A stretch of DNA of 64,000 nucleotides from Eutreptiella sp. 'Long Island Sound 2002' (GCA_964036045.1 OZ038378.1:184078001-184142000), one strand, 5' to 3'; positions 45,397 to 58,164 are shown, counted from the stretch's first letter. The notes: generated by a model not told the origin, from the letters alone. Numbers and translations: made by a program.

Positions 45397-46928
45397 CAGA
45401 ATATTGAAGGCCAGCAATGTTTCAATGGAATTCCTGGATGCATTTGTCTTCTTGTGGCAGGGTCTGTTGGTGCATGGAAAAACAAGTTTCCCATCAGATT
45501 GACTACTGCAGGACGGGTGACAAAAAGTGTCTTGGCGGGATTTGCCAAATGGTGACCCTTGCATTTACGATGGAGGCCAACATTTGTGTTCCATAGTGGT
45601 CCATACATCTCGTATTTCCCAAACCCATCAAACTTGCAATCTGTTGCACCCCTGTGCTAGGTTCTTACGTTAAGGGTTGTCATCGCAGGATTTGCACAAA
45701 TCAGAACACCAACAGATTCAGTGCCGGAACAGCACAATCCAAAACTACATTCAAAAAAGAAACATAGGCACATGCCCACGCACACTGCACCACACACACT
45801 AACGGAGGAGGCAGTGGGGCACAGACCTGCTACAATCCAAAAAGAGAGAGTCATGTCACGGGTGCACCACACATGACCAGGCCGGCTGGCCAGGGCAAAT
45901 GCCTCCCGAAGTGCATTTATGTGCGCTGTGGTGGGCGGCCAGAAGCCCGCCAGTAGGCGTGCTGTGCGTGCGTAGTGCCACGGTATGTTGTGTCTATTAC
46001 CTGTCAGCAGGGTTGGAGGCGGAGGATGCAAGGCGAGCACATCAGTGCACAGGTGCAAGACACAACGGTTGCAAAGCAGCGCATTGCTGTGCAGCAGATG
46101 AGCAGTGATCACCACAGGGGAGCAAAATCTGGCTGGTGGCAGTGGTCAGTGGAAAACTGTTCAACCCCCCCCACACCCCAAATCGGCGAAGAAATCCCAA
46201 GAAATCGGCGGAACAAATCGGCAGACCGATTTTTCAGCAAAACAGGTTCCCAGTGCCCCGGATCTCAGTCCCAGGCCCCAAACACACCTTCCTTTTGGTT
46301 GCCCTGTAGTTGGAGTCATGTGGAAACCTAAAATATCTCTCAATTTTCAAAAAAGAAATTCAACCCTCGGTCTGTACATGGTCCTTGAGCAATAGTCTAC
46401 CAGCTGCAGTTTACTCTAGTGGTATATGCCCGGTGTGATGACCCAATTGACGGTGCTTCAGCGGCGGTGGACGTGCCGTGGCAATCTAAGTGGAGCACTT
46501 CAAGTGGCGTGCACGCGCGGGGGTGCTTCCAACTTGATTATGGGGGGAGGGACCATCCCATTCCAGCCCCTAATAGGAGAAGGTACGTGGAAGGTGTGTG
46601 TGTGTGTGTGTGTGTGTGGGTGTGTGGGTGTGCTAGCAGGGGCATGGCCATATTTGAATGTCTACCGTCACTGATTGTTCACCCACACGGTCCGCTGTCT
46701 TTTTCAGCATACCGGCCAAACTTTGAATTTTTGGCAAAATATTTAATTCACAGCCTGGATTCTGGTGATTTCAGTGTGTCCGCAAAAAAAAAAATTAACG
46801 CAAAAAAAATCAAATAATTATGGCATTCGGGAGCACATTCTTGAAGAAATGTACGCAGATTTAAACAAAATTCCTGGGATACATAAAGCACTGTGCACTG
46901 TAGTGTCTTGTGTCAGGGAGGGCAGATT

Positions 46929-46998
46929 GGTGCAGTAGTACAGTGGTATATGCACAGCCTTGAGAAATAGGGGTCTTGGGTTCCATCCCAGTTGGACC
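46929..46998 (+). pseudogene. Degenerate tRNA-like sequence
   Basis: ggtgcag..ttggacc imperfect acceptor stem; A-box-like tagtacagtggt; B-box-like ggttccatccc; anticodon arm does not pair. Confidence 0.45.
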
Positions 46999-48221
46999 CA
47001 AACTGCTGGCGCTTTTTTTTGGCCATCAGTCCTGTTGTCAAACTGCTGGCAAAAAGACGCAAAAAGAAAAATCTGGCCAAATAAATCGCAGAAATTCAAT
47101 TAAATATAGCTTTTGCTAGGGTTAAATTGGGTGCCGCAAAATGCCTATTTACCGAAAAAATCGCAAAGAAAATATCCTTTCAGGTTTTTTGGACAAAAAC
47201 AATTTTTTTTTGCTAAATATTAATTCCGATCCCCAAATGCAAAAATTCAAGTTCTACAAAAGTTCGCGGTTTGCCCAGTACAGTAATTGTGCCTCACGCA
47301 CACTGGGAAGCCTACGGGCGTGGCAGTCTCCCACTGCATAACCTGGTTTCAGACTCAGCTCATCCTCACTACGTGTCAGATCCGCTACCACAGTCATTTG
47401 TGGGATCATCGTAGCACTGGACAGCTCTGAACCTTGATCCGAGGGATCACCTCGAGTACTGTGAAGTGAGCAGGCTATGGCAGCTCATCTTGGTCCGAGC
47501 CAAAAAAAAATTGTTCACCCACACGGTTGTATGTTTGCCTATTTTCAGTGAAATCACCATCCGGTTCCAACGAGTGCTCTTGTAAATGGCCCAAGCAAGG
47601 CAGGGTGTCAACAGTAACATCATCGCCCCATGGTGGCGTGAAGCTATGAGATCACAAGCATACGTGGCATAATGCATACATCCCCTAGTTGCAAACAGCT
47701 GTTGGATCTAGGTAGCGCAGCACGCTCTGTGGCAGGGGTCCTTAAGGAACCATTTTTTTTTGTTCAGGACCGCCTTTTGAGGGCAGTTTTGCATCAGCCC
47801 GACGCGGGCCATTTTTGTCCCCATGTTGGGGACCCGAGAAGGCAGGGGTTATGTAGCCATTCCGCCCACATATGGGCCCCCAAGAAGGCAGGGGTCAAGT
47901 AGCCATTTCTGATCTTGTCCCCTTGTGTGGGGACCCATGAGAAGGCAGGGCTTATATAGGGGGCGTACCGTGCGCTGTGCGCGCACTGTGCGAAAAGTAG
48001 GCCATTCTCCACCACCGGTAGGCAGTTTTTTGGGTGTCGGATTGCCGCAGGGTACTATTGCCATTGTGTGTCCTTGTAGCATCAACCCTCCCCCTTCTTG
48101 CATGTATGTACCCTTGCAAACGGGCACCCCGAGGCCGGTATATGGTGATACATTCTCAGGGTGTCTGCTGCGGGGCATCATCTTTTGCTCTCATTTCTCA
48201 GACCCTCTATTGCATTCACCA

Positions 48222-48427
48222 TGGACTTTAATGTTGGAGATAAAGTGTTCTACACTCGCTCCAATGGAATGCGAGTTCTTGCCACAGTGGTGGGGTTTGC
48301 GCCCGACGGCTTACTCCACTTGGAGTATTTCCAAGACGCGGTGAAGGTGGTGAATCGGCAGTGCAAAGTTGAGTCTATCTCCTTTGCCATCCATTGTATG
48401 GATATGCTCTGTCCTACCCGGCACTAG
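48222..48427 (+). CDS. Small SH3/Tudor-like ORF next to the transposase
   Basis: MDFNVGDKVFYTRSNGMRVLATVVGFAPDGLLHLEY; remnant MELSIGDTVFYT on the minus strand at ~60575-60640. Confidence 0.35.
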
Positions 48428-48956
48428 TGCCGATGTTAAGATATGGGACAAGTATGGGCCGCAACGGACCAAGGGTTGTTTCATGGAGTTTGAGGTTGGT
48501 GCGCATGATGGAGCATACAAGGGGCGATGGCATTCACATGTCCCTTTCATTGGTCGAAAGACTTTGACCATGCGGCAGAAAACATATAATGATGTGCATG
48601 GGTATTATAGGGCACGGGTGGAACACTTGTTTGCCCACCTTTGGTCTTGGAGAGTAGTGTGTGACATTTGGCTGGGGTCCCATCAAGACTTGCATGCCAA
48701 CACACGCATATTTTTGCACTTTTCACAGTTCATGTTGCGAAGGCAGAAAAGGTATCAACCTTATGGCCCATGGGAGCACATTCCTTCTTCCATTTGGACA
48801 GAGGAAGAGGCCCCTGAGGTTGATGAGGAAGAGGAGGATACGTTCCTTTGCCAAGTTTGTGGCAAAAGGGACACATCGGAATGCTCCACGTGTGACCTTT
48901 ACTTGTGTAGAGGTTGCATGGATGAGCATACTTGCGATATTGATGTTCCCGAGTAG
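48369..48956 (+). CDS. N-terminally truncated DDE transposase (DDE_Tnp_4-like, Harbinger/ISL2EU) with a C-terminal Cys cluster
   Basis: PGTSADVKIW (GS..D), HDGAY (second D), YNDVHGYYRARVEHLFAHL (E); first D missing; C-terminus C..C....C..C..YLC..C...H.C. Confidence 0.78.
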   Translation: MSLSPLPSIVWICSVLPGTSADVKIWDKYGPQRTKGCFMEFEVGAHDGAYKGRWHSHVPFIGRKTLTMRQKTYNDVHGYYRARVEHLFAHLWSWRVVCDIWLGSHQDLHANTRIFLHFSQFMLRRQKRYQPYGPWEHIPSSIWTEEEAPEVDEEEEDTFLCQVCGKRDTSECSTCDLYLCRGCMDEHTCDIDVPE

Positions 48957-50599
48957 CCCCTAATATATTTTCAGGTGTTCTTGAACACCCGCAAGACAAT
49001 TTTATTGTCTACATTGCATTGTTTTGGACATTGGATAATTCTGAGAACACGACACGTTTGAATTTCGGACTTTTGAATTGCTCATGCATGCTTCTAGAGG
49101 TGGCAGGTTTTCAGGGCTGTTACCGGGGTAAACACCGTAATAACTGGCGTTGTGCGCGCTGTGCGCGCGCTGTGCGAAAACGCCCCCATAGCCATGTTGC
49201 CCAATTTGGGCCACTTCTGATTTTGCACCCACACTTTGGTGTGGCCCCTTGAGGTGGGGTTCAGGGTTCCCACACTTCGGTGTAGCCCCTTGAGTTGGGT
49301 CCAAGGACTCCCACGCTTCGGCGTGGCCCCTTTATTTGGGGTTAAGGACTCCCATTCCTCGGTGTGGCCCCTTGAATTGGGGTTAAGGACTCCCACGCTT
49401 CGGTGTGACTCCTTTGTGGGTGTAATGGGGAAGCACCCAAAGACTGGTTCCCATTTGAGGTTTTTGATGAGGTCCATGGGACCCCTTTTCGTCCGTAGAA
49501 GCGTAAGCAAGGGCATGCGGTTGAGTTAGAGGATGGAGGTTTGCTGGGGTTTGCTGCTTTCAAGGACCCACACACTTCTTTGGATGAGGGTGCAGAGGCA
49601 AAAGTTCCTTTGAACGTTCAAGATTTGTCACCAAACGGGCAAGTGGCGATACTAACATTGAGGATATGAGGATTTGGACCGGCCGAGTGATGTTGCAAGT
49701 AGCTCCTCTTCTGACTTTTTGACGCAACTGGCCCAAATTCCACGTGTGACTCAAGCCCAATCCTCCAACCCCTCTCACTGTACCCCGCTGTTGGAGTTCA
49801 CGTACGATGCGACTGTGGCGGCGTTGCGGGCAATAGAGAGTGGTAGTTTTTGCATGAGTGGGTAGTGATTGAGTTTAACGCAATTTCTAGGACGCATGCA
49901 CAACCTGCCCGTGGGAGGTAAGAAGGGTGATCTCTTGCAACAAGTAAAGACACATTTCTACGGGATGTACCAATAGTGATATGGTTCTAACCTTTCGATG
50001 GCACGTTGAGTGGTTTCGGAGAAGGATGGTGCAGGTGTGGTGTAAGCAGTGAGGAATGCACAGGCTTTTGCGTGGTTGTCTATTGATCGAATGCAACCCG
50101 GTTTGTCTTTTATTCATTTTGCCCAAAGTCGTTGATTGTTACCTTTGTATTTAGCCGCACCATCGGCCAAGGATTATTCGGGTGGTCGAACGCTTTAGCA
50201 CTGAATTTTGTACAAGAATATGCATCTATTCCTGTTCCTGTTGCATGTGGATTGTGTAGGGTGTCAGGTAGGGCTGGGAACCAATGGTTGAGCATATGAG
50301 CTGCACGAGGTCTTTTTGCAAAAGAGCAATTTCGGAACCCAGGTTTCACCAGAAACCCCAGTTTGGCACCACTGTCCTTTTCCCTTTTCAGCAAGCAGGG
50401 GGCCGCGCGCCTCCCTGCTGGGAACCAGGAGCAGGGAATCTGCCAAACACTTTTTTGTTTCTTAAGGAACTCTACTACCGTACTCTACTCTGCGGTTGGT
50501 ACATGGGGAGCTGAGGAGAGAGCCCTTGAGCAGGATCCATCCTTGGGTAGGTAGCCCACCCCAAACAATCAAGGTGGAGCTGGCCAAGCATGTGCTACG

Positions 50600-50966
50600 C
50601 AACTATTAGGGCACCTCGGCGTAGGCATTCAAATGTTTCGCGTAGGCTGTTGTTTGTGTTCTTGGGGGATAATTCGCCAACTCTATGGTGAATCACCGCA
50701 AAAGGTGAGCACAACCGAAGTACTCCCCCTTGTCCTAAGGAGCACCTAATGTGGCGTGCGTGCGGTGCGGAGAATAGGTGGTGGCCCAACTACACACGTA
50801 CAATTACTACTTTGGGGACCCCTTGTCCGGGGGATATGTAGCCATTTCAAATTCCTCCCTTTGTTGGGGACACCGGCATGTTTGGAGGCATGTTTTCGAG
50901 TGCAATACTTGTCATCTCCATTATTGCGGTGATTGTTTTAGCACCTGCACCCGTGGGGATGAATAG
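50600..50966. pseudogene. Remnant with the same C-terminal Cys cluster
   Basis: FECNTCHLHYCGDCF on the plus strand resembles SECSTCDLYLCRGCM. Confidence 0.35.
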
Positions 50967-51699
50967 CTAGCATGCATAGGCAGTGGGTTGCCAGCTGCAT
51001 TATTGTTCCTTTCCTTTTGGCATCCACACATTTGGGGATGGATTGCTGTCACACATCAAATTAATTCATTGAGTTGCCCTTTTGCTTGGGCAATGTTTGT
51101 GGAAAGGAGTGATGTTTACACAGGTTTTGTGCCTGAGGGTTTGCTCTCCAGGGTTCGCTCTCCCGAGGGGCATTTTGGGAGAGGGTCAAAAGCCAACCCC
51201 CATTCAAGGTAAACCTGCTGTAAAAGTAGCACGCCGTGCAAGCGCAGCGCGGATGCTCTCCCTAACATGGGCTTGCGCAAACCCCATCCTTCTGCATTTT
51301 TGGGCCTTCTTTTTTTTGCTAGTGTTTTTGTTATTCCAATCCAACAAAAAACTCGGGTTGTAGCTTTGTGCAGGCTGCAGGAAGGGTCAATATGGGTGTC
51401 AAAGTATTGGTGTAGCTGTATTCCTATGTGCTCTCGTGTCCTGGGGTGTATGCCAGCCTGTTGGACGACCTTCTGTACTCATGAATAATCCTGTCTTCAC
51501 CGCTAGACTCCTATCACATACCAGCAGTAACAAACAAGGAGTCTGTGCCTGCTTGAGTTTTGGGTCTCTACACAAGGGCTGTTGTCCATTCGCATTGTGT
51601 ATGAGCGCAAGGGCCATGAACAAGAGCATGATGCCCCCATGGATTGTGTCACCTTCCCCATATTATCACCTTCATGTTTTGAGGAGTAAGGTTGGCTTG

Positions 51700-51945
51700 T
51701 GTTTGCAACATGTGTCCATGGTATGTGCCACGCGGTAACATGGGCTTGTCCAAACACAGTGACCTGGAACCCATGGAGGAGAACCCATGGGTTGGAACTA
51801 TGGAGGAGTCTGGGCAGCTGTTTGATCCAGACGGTGCAGTCGACTCAGGGGCAGAGCCGTCGGAAGTGGAGGGCATGGGATTGTCCTCCTCTTCAGAGTC
51901 AGGCAATGATGGATTCTCCACGGATGTCACTGATCGGGCATGAGA
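51700..51945 (+). mobile_element. 3' tail remnant of the RNase H retroelement family
   Basis: Acidic S/G-rich stretch ending GFSTDVTDR, like FSTDVSDTRR at ~8690. Confidence 0.5.
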
Positions 51946-52769
51946 GAGGGCACAAGAGTTGTGCTAACCGGCGGTGTGGGAAACTAATTATGGTATAGAA
52001 GGGCAGGAGGGTAATCAAGAGTATACCTGACGTGGCCTAAGGCACAATTTTGACCCGAGACCTCATCTTTGCCGGCGCCTTGCTGGACTGAATGAACAAT
52101 GTGTGGGGGTGCCTGACGGCGCCTTGCTGAACGATCTGGACATTGTGTGTCGCGGTGGAGCCGCATGATACTTGACGTACTGTTTGAATGCCACAGTGAT
52201 ATGGTGAACCTGTGTTTCCCCACTTTGCCCCCTGAACCAGAACCTGGCCTGTGTTAGGACCCCCGCGCATTATGGCCCGGGTACATCGACAACATGGCCG
52301 TGACCAAATGTGCCGACAAACGACCCACGCGGGAGTGCTCTTATTCCGACGTCCGCCACAAGGTGTGTGATCACACGCAACACAAGCGAGTCATCATGGA
52401 GAAATCATGGAGTAGATCCCCAGTCATCGTCAAGAGTCCGAGGCCCACAGTGCATACAAACGTGAGCAAATGCAGCGCAATGGGGAGGTGGACTTCTCGC
52501 CAGAATGGCCACACGGCTACCGGTCCCAGACTACGATCCCATCCGACCAGAGGATATAGCAGTTTGTGGCAGTCTGTTCAATGTTGTGCATGGATGGTTT
52601 GTTGCTTCATTTGGTAGGCAAGAGGCAGCTGTTGGTCTACTTGGGGCCTTCATACGGTAATGGTAAACTTGGGGACTCAATTTGGGAAGGTCATCATAAA
52701 AGTAGCGCGCAGGGCGCGCTCAGGGCAAATCCTCAGGGGGGGGGTTATTGCTCACCTGCATTAGTTGAA

Positions 52770-53060
52770 CACATTACACCACGGCGGCGCACCGTGTGCT
52801 GTGCGCAAAGCCGGCTGTTTTCCACCGCTAGTAACTACGGGTCCCAAGGTCCTAAATTCTGCACCCCACAGCCCCGGCTGGTACGCTAGGGATTTTTTTG
52901 CCTTTCGGTCTCATACTTGCCACGGGTCCCAGGGTCCTGAAATCTGCACCCCGTGCGGTTTTGAATTGAACATGCATGCTTCCGTAGGTGGGTGGTTTTC
53001 AGGGGTGTTCCCGAGATAAACAACGTAATAACTGGCGCTGTGCAAAAACGCCCCCCAGTG
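52770..53060 (+). mobile_element. Second full copy of the 2300-2610 core repeat
   Basis: Direct alignment by eye. Confidence 0.75.
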
Positions 53061-53350
53061 GCCCGTGCCGTGACCGTGGTAGTTGAACGCTTTGGCTCCA
53101 CCGGCACATCGTAAGGATGCCTGCAAACCGCTGATTGCCCAAAAAGATTTCCCACAGATATAACAGCCATACACTGTGAAAAGAAGAGCTGTGTTTGAGG
53201 TGTCAATGGGTATGCACCTAACAAGGTAACTGCTGCTGAGCCCTTCCCCCTGTCCTGTATACCTCTTGTGCAGAAATCTTTTTGCCCCTGAGCACTGGCA
53301 GCATTCTGCCAACGTGTATTCCGGTCCAACTAGTGGTCGCCACATGAAAA

Positions 53351-53995
53351 GTGCTCAAAAAGAGCTTGCAATTTAAGGGCATTCACAGATGCAGTTTTCA
53401 ACACAGTTTTCAACACGCTCAGCAAGCACGGGACATATACCACAACGCTCACATAGAGGCGGTGGCGAGACAACACCTGCACACCCTACACATGGGCTAC
53501 ACCAACGCACTGACGGCTAAAACAGACTACTGCAGGCTCGTCACAGAGGTAGTCGACGAACAGAGACAAGCACAACGACTGCAGGACACACGCGCACACC
53601 TATACCAAATACGTAGGCAATGGTACGAACAAGCGAAGGCCGACACAAAGATGTGGTACGCTGACGCAAAACTGCTGCTGATGGTCAACGACCGATACCG
53701 GAGGCTGAGCGCTGGCACCAACAAGCTACTTGACCTGCACCAACAACAAGCGACCTACATGTGGCAGCAGCAGACCCACCTGGCTGCCATGGCACAGTAC
53801 TACCAAGACGCCTGCAAACACAAGACAACACAATACTGGCAAACAACCCGACCAGCCCGACAGACAATATACCTGATACGGAAGCGACCGCGGGAGCACT
53901 GGGACCCCACCTTGTGGGAAGTCCCGTTGCAACCGCTACCGAAACGCCACAAAACGCACTGGGACCCAAATGAGTGGGAAGTACCAATGACATGA
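53351..53995 (+). CDS. Intronless 214-aa orphan ORF, Q/A/R/T-rich, with a duplicated C-terminal HWDP.(L/E)WEVP motif
   Basis: Open frame with strong A/C strand bias; KRPREHWDPTLWEVPL and KRHKTHWDPNEWEVPM. Confidence 0.42.
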   Translation: MLKKSLQFKGIHRCSFQHSFQHAQQARDIYHNAHIEAVARQHLHTLHMGYTNALTAKTDYCRLVTEVVDEQRQAQRLQDTRAHLYQIRRQWYEQAKADTKMWYADAKLLLMVNDRYRRLSAGTNKLLDLHQQQATYMWQQQTHLAAMAQYYQDACKHKTTQYWQTTRPARQTIYLIRKRPREHWDPTLWEVPLQPLPKRHKTHWDPNEWEVPMT

Positions 53996-54879
53996 CCACA
54001 CCAACCTCAATGGGAAACCATGGGGGCACAGTCACGAGCTGCAGCCCGTATGCATACCCTGGCTTCGCCGAAATCTGTATCTTACTTCGAACTTGGTCCA
54101 CTGTGGCCCTTGGCACTTATGAACTGGCCTTTTTGATCAAAAAAAAAAAAGATGCAGTTTTCAACACTGCACACTATGAAATATGGCTCAGGGGGTTTCG
54201 CAATCGATTCTTTGTGAGGGTCTGCACACTTTACTCTCCTGCCAGCCATGATGCTGACAAATGTGTCTGCATTGAACCGCTGTCACATGGATTGATTCTT
54301 GGACATGCAGATCACTTGTTATTTGATTTTTTGTATTGGTCATCTAACATTCCTGCCAACTTGAAATTGAGGCAGGGCAACAAGGGGCTATGGATACCAG
54401 CAAAGCTTACCTGAGATGGGATTGCAGGCTGCTTGTGCCATGAAGGTCATCATGTCTTCCTTCGCCCACTTAGCAACCTCAGCATGAGCTGTGACATCAT
54501 GTGTGCAATCCCACTACCTCCCTTTGTCCTGGGGACAGCGATATTGTCCTTTAATACATGGACAATCAAATTCCGGGAGTCTACGCCTCTAGTTTTGCTA
54601 GAGGCTGTGGCTCCACATACCCCATTGACAGCCGCTGCAATCTACTTGGTTGGACTTATTGATTTAACAACAATCTTGACGTAAATGTACTCCTCCTCTT
54701 TTCCCCTGTTTTGTCCCCATTTGTGTGTCTACCTTGTTCTTGGAGGGGGCTGCTTGCATGGGTGTTTGTTCATTGTCTAGTGGGTAACAAATTAGTGGGC
54801 TCAATGGGCCCAAAATATCGCAAAATGAGCCTTGGAAAGTTACCTTTTATGCATATGTTTTCGAGTTCCACCTTCCCAT

Positions 54880-55085
54880 GTTGTGTTTGACTGCAATGGA
54901 ATGCGTTGGGCACCCTTGTGATCCTGCTTGTGATGAAAAACAATTATGAAGGGGATCACTTGCAAGCCATTTTCTCGCTGTCGTGTTTGACTGCAATGGA
55001 ATGCGTTGGGCACCCTTGTGATCCTGCTTGTGATGAAAAACAATTATGAAGGGGATCACTTGCAAGCCATTTTCTTGCTGTCAAC
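54880..55085 (+). repeat. ~101-bp tandem duplication
   Basis: tgtttgactgcaatggaatgcgttgggcacccttgtgatcc...gccattttct occurs twice. Confidence 0.9.
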
Positions 55086-57729
55086 ACCCTTCAATGCCCC
55101 ATTTTGGCATCGCTGAGTGGTGCCCAGCGCACATGCTAGGGTAGGGTTACGGGGGTCACATGTGGGTCCAAAAGTGGTCAAAAATGAGTGTTTCCAAAGT
55201 TGTTCCTAGACCACTTGGGGTGCTCAAACAAGTGGTTGAAGGCCATTTTGAGCCACTTTTGACCCACATCAGCCCATTTATTCAGGAACTCACATTGCAG
55301 TATAAGGGGTTCTGGGGGAATGCGGGAATTTAGGCAGTTTGGGTGCCTAGCATGCCCATGAAGGAGGCTATTTGCATTGGAACCAACCTAGATGATGAAC
55401 AATTTGACCACTGCTCAGTGCGTTTTGCACCCAAGTAGTGGGCTCAACAGCCCTTTTTTGTGCCCAAAATGCTGCAAAATCAGCCGTGAATAGCCCCTGT
55501 TTTGCCTACTTCTTTGAGTTCCACCTACCCATATTGTGTTTGACTACCATGGATTGCGTTGGACACTTTTGTGGTGACAAATACCCTCCCCCCACCCCCC
55601 CCGTGTCGTTCCCCACCCCTTGTCGTTCCCCGGGGGGGGGGGGGGGGGCGTCACTTGGTCAACCCAAAATTTTTCGTTGCGGCTCATTATGTTGTTGTGT
55701 GGGTGGCTGTGTTGTGGGGCACTACCACTTGCATCCCTTGCACTCATGGCATGACATTTTGCTCACTTTCGCTGAAATGGAACTTGACAACACAACCATG
55801 TTTCCCCCTGGGACAAGTGGTGAGCACGTGCAAGAGTTCAAGGTGAAGTGGAGCAGGACCAAGAAATTTTACACCGAGCCGGTCAAGGAGTAGGTCTCCG
55901 TACATTGGCAGCCCTTTGAACGCATCCTATGCTGAGTGCTTTCGTTTTATGCTGCAATTTCTGTGCCTGCAAATGTGCGTGTACGGTTGGGGTGTGGTCC
56001 CCCAGGGGGGGTTGGGGGACCGTCACTTGGTGACCATCCCCCAGGGGGTGGTGGGGGACCGTCTTCCCTGGGGTGGGGAACGACACGGGGGGGGGGAGGG
56101 CAATGATGAAGGGATCACTTGCAACCTATTTTCACGCTATCAGCACCCTTTGAGGCCCTATTGGTAGCACGGTGTGGTGGAGCGCCCACAGTGCACTAGC
56201 CACGGTAGGGTTACCGGGGTCACCTGCGGGTCCAAAATGGTTGTTTCCGAATTTATTCCTATACCACTTGTGGTGCTCAAACAAGTGGTTTAAGGCCATT
56301 TTGACCCACTTTTGACCCATTTTGGCCCATGCAATTTCTCAAAAAGCCTTGAAATGGGCAATTTTGGGACTCACGTCGCAGTAAGGGGGGCATGGTGGGA
56401 ATGCGGGGGGGGGGGGGGGGCGTTGAACCGAAAGGGGGGCAAAAAATAGTGTCAAAAAACAGGTTTTCCAAACATGCCCCCAAATCATTTGGGATGCTCA
56501 AATCATTGGTTTTTTTTGCCATTTTCAGCTACCTTTGAGCCATGCCCCCCCTTGTTGGGCCCCATGTACCTTCTGTTCCCTCCCCACCAGCTCGGTCCCA
56601 ATATCCAGTCTTGATGAGGGTTGGGGGTCCTCTCTCCAGTTTGGGCGTAACGGAACACTTTTTTTTTCTGTTAAGGACCCCCCTGCTCCCTGCGAACACC
56701 CCCAAGGCCCACCCCAGCTCCCTCAACCGCCATCCGGTCGGAGAGAAGGCAGCCTGGGAAGAAGGGGCAGTTGAAGTTGGACGCTTTTCTGCGCCCCCCT
56801 TCTGGATGAGCCAGAGGCTGTGCAGCTCACTGGTGAATCTAGCCCCCCAGGACTATGTGCCTGTCTCTCAGTAGAGCTGAACAGGCATCCCAGCAGGCAG
56901 TTTAGCAATTATTTGCTTTGCGTCATGGGTCGGTTGTGTTCCCCCGGGGGCGGGGGGGGGGGGCACCTTGCTTGCCTTGATCAATTGCACCCACAACACG
57001 TGGACCCATGCATCGCTCTCTCTCGTTGTGTATGCAAACACGTTTGCGTAGCGTGCGTGCAAATGATGCTCGTTTGGCACAAGAAAACGAATTGTGTTGA
57101 CACGCAAAAATGCGGTTTTTTATGCACAACGATTGTACGTTTGTCGGCAAGTTCTCTCTTGGCAACATGATCCATTGCTCGTCCATGCATGAATGTGTGC
57201 AAGCCCAACTATCGAGATCTGCAAGTGCATTAACAGAGTACATTAGAGATCAGCCTTGTGGCTGGATAGGGGTCAATTTCTGGGTCAATTGTCATCACAC
57301 AACCTCACCACCGTCGTCCCAAGCAACCAAACAAACACTTTATGGATGCCTCGTGCAATTGTTCGTGTTCCCCTCCGTATGTAGTCTCCGTTGCACGATG
57401 TGATTTTGCTTGTGCTACGGCCATTGCTTTGCGCTGCCAAAGAGTTACCCACAACCAACAAAATGCTACAATCATGTACACACTCATACTTTCTTATTGC
57501 ACAACGCATGTTTGCAACGTTTGCAAGATTGCGATTGTGCAGGGCTTCTCACGATTGTGGTGTTACATGGATGAAGCGTGGAATCACATTCAAGGAATTG
57601 AAGCCTTTGTACCAATCGATGAACGATCTTGTGGACCAAAGGATTTTTACCATGTTGCTCATTGCATTTTTGTTTCTCGAACCTGTTTTCTGTGTTTACA
57701 GTCTTTTTTACTGTGAATGTCGTGAGATC

Positions 57730-57842
57730 ATGCCCCCTGGACATCGAACTCTGTTTGTAGGGGGTCTTCCCCGAGAGATGAGAGAGAGGGAAATCGAGAA
57801 GATTTGGGGAAAATATGGAGATGTGAAGAAAATTCATGGCAA
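57730..57842 (+). CDS. SR-like RRM protein gene, exon 1 (RNP2)
   Basis: MPPGHRTLFVGGLPREMREREIEKIWGKYGDVKKIHG(K)|gtatgg; upstream ttttctgtgtttacag acceptor may be a trans-splice site. Confidence 0.88.
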
Positions 57843-58164
57843 GTATGGGCTTCCGACATATTTGTGGTGTATCGCACTGTTTCGCGTGTCTTTTGAGGCA
57901 ACAAAAGCGCCACAATCATTGGCAAACGAGAAATATGCCCCGCAATTCACGCATGAATAGATGAATTGCTCGTCATCGATATATGCCTTCGCTTCGACAT
58001 ACTGATAGCCTTTATCAAGTGCATTGTGGTGTTTCGATGCATGTATCCGTGCGTCATGAATCCATGTGCAAAACAACCTCTGCATGCGTTATTTGTATTA
58101 CGTAAAAAGGTGCAACAATGTACAACAATGGCAGCAATTACAGCAACATTGTCAATTGGCTTGA

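Larger units (their letters stand above)
47790..49420 (+). mobile_element. PIF/Harbinger-ISL2EU-type DNA transposon remnant with subterminal minisatellites
   Basis: Transposase ORF sits between the two halves of the 2300/52770 core repeat; tandem repeats at 47790-47940 and 49220-49410. Confidence 0.62.

Noticed and set aside
47340-47375. Hammerhead-like GATGAG...GAAAC on the minus strand
   Set aside because: Lacks the invariant CTGA core and a pairing stem II; kept only as a generic repeat finding
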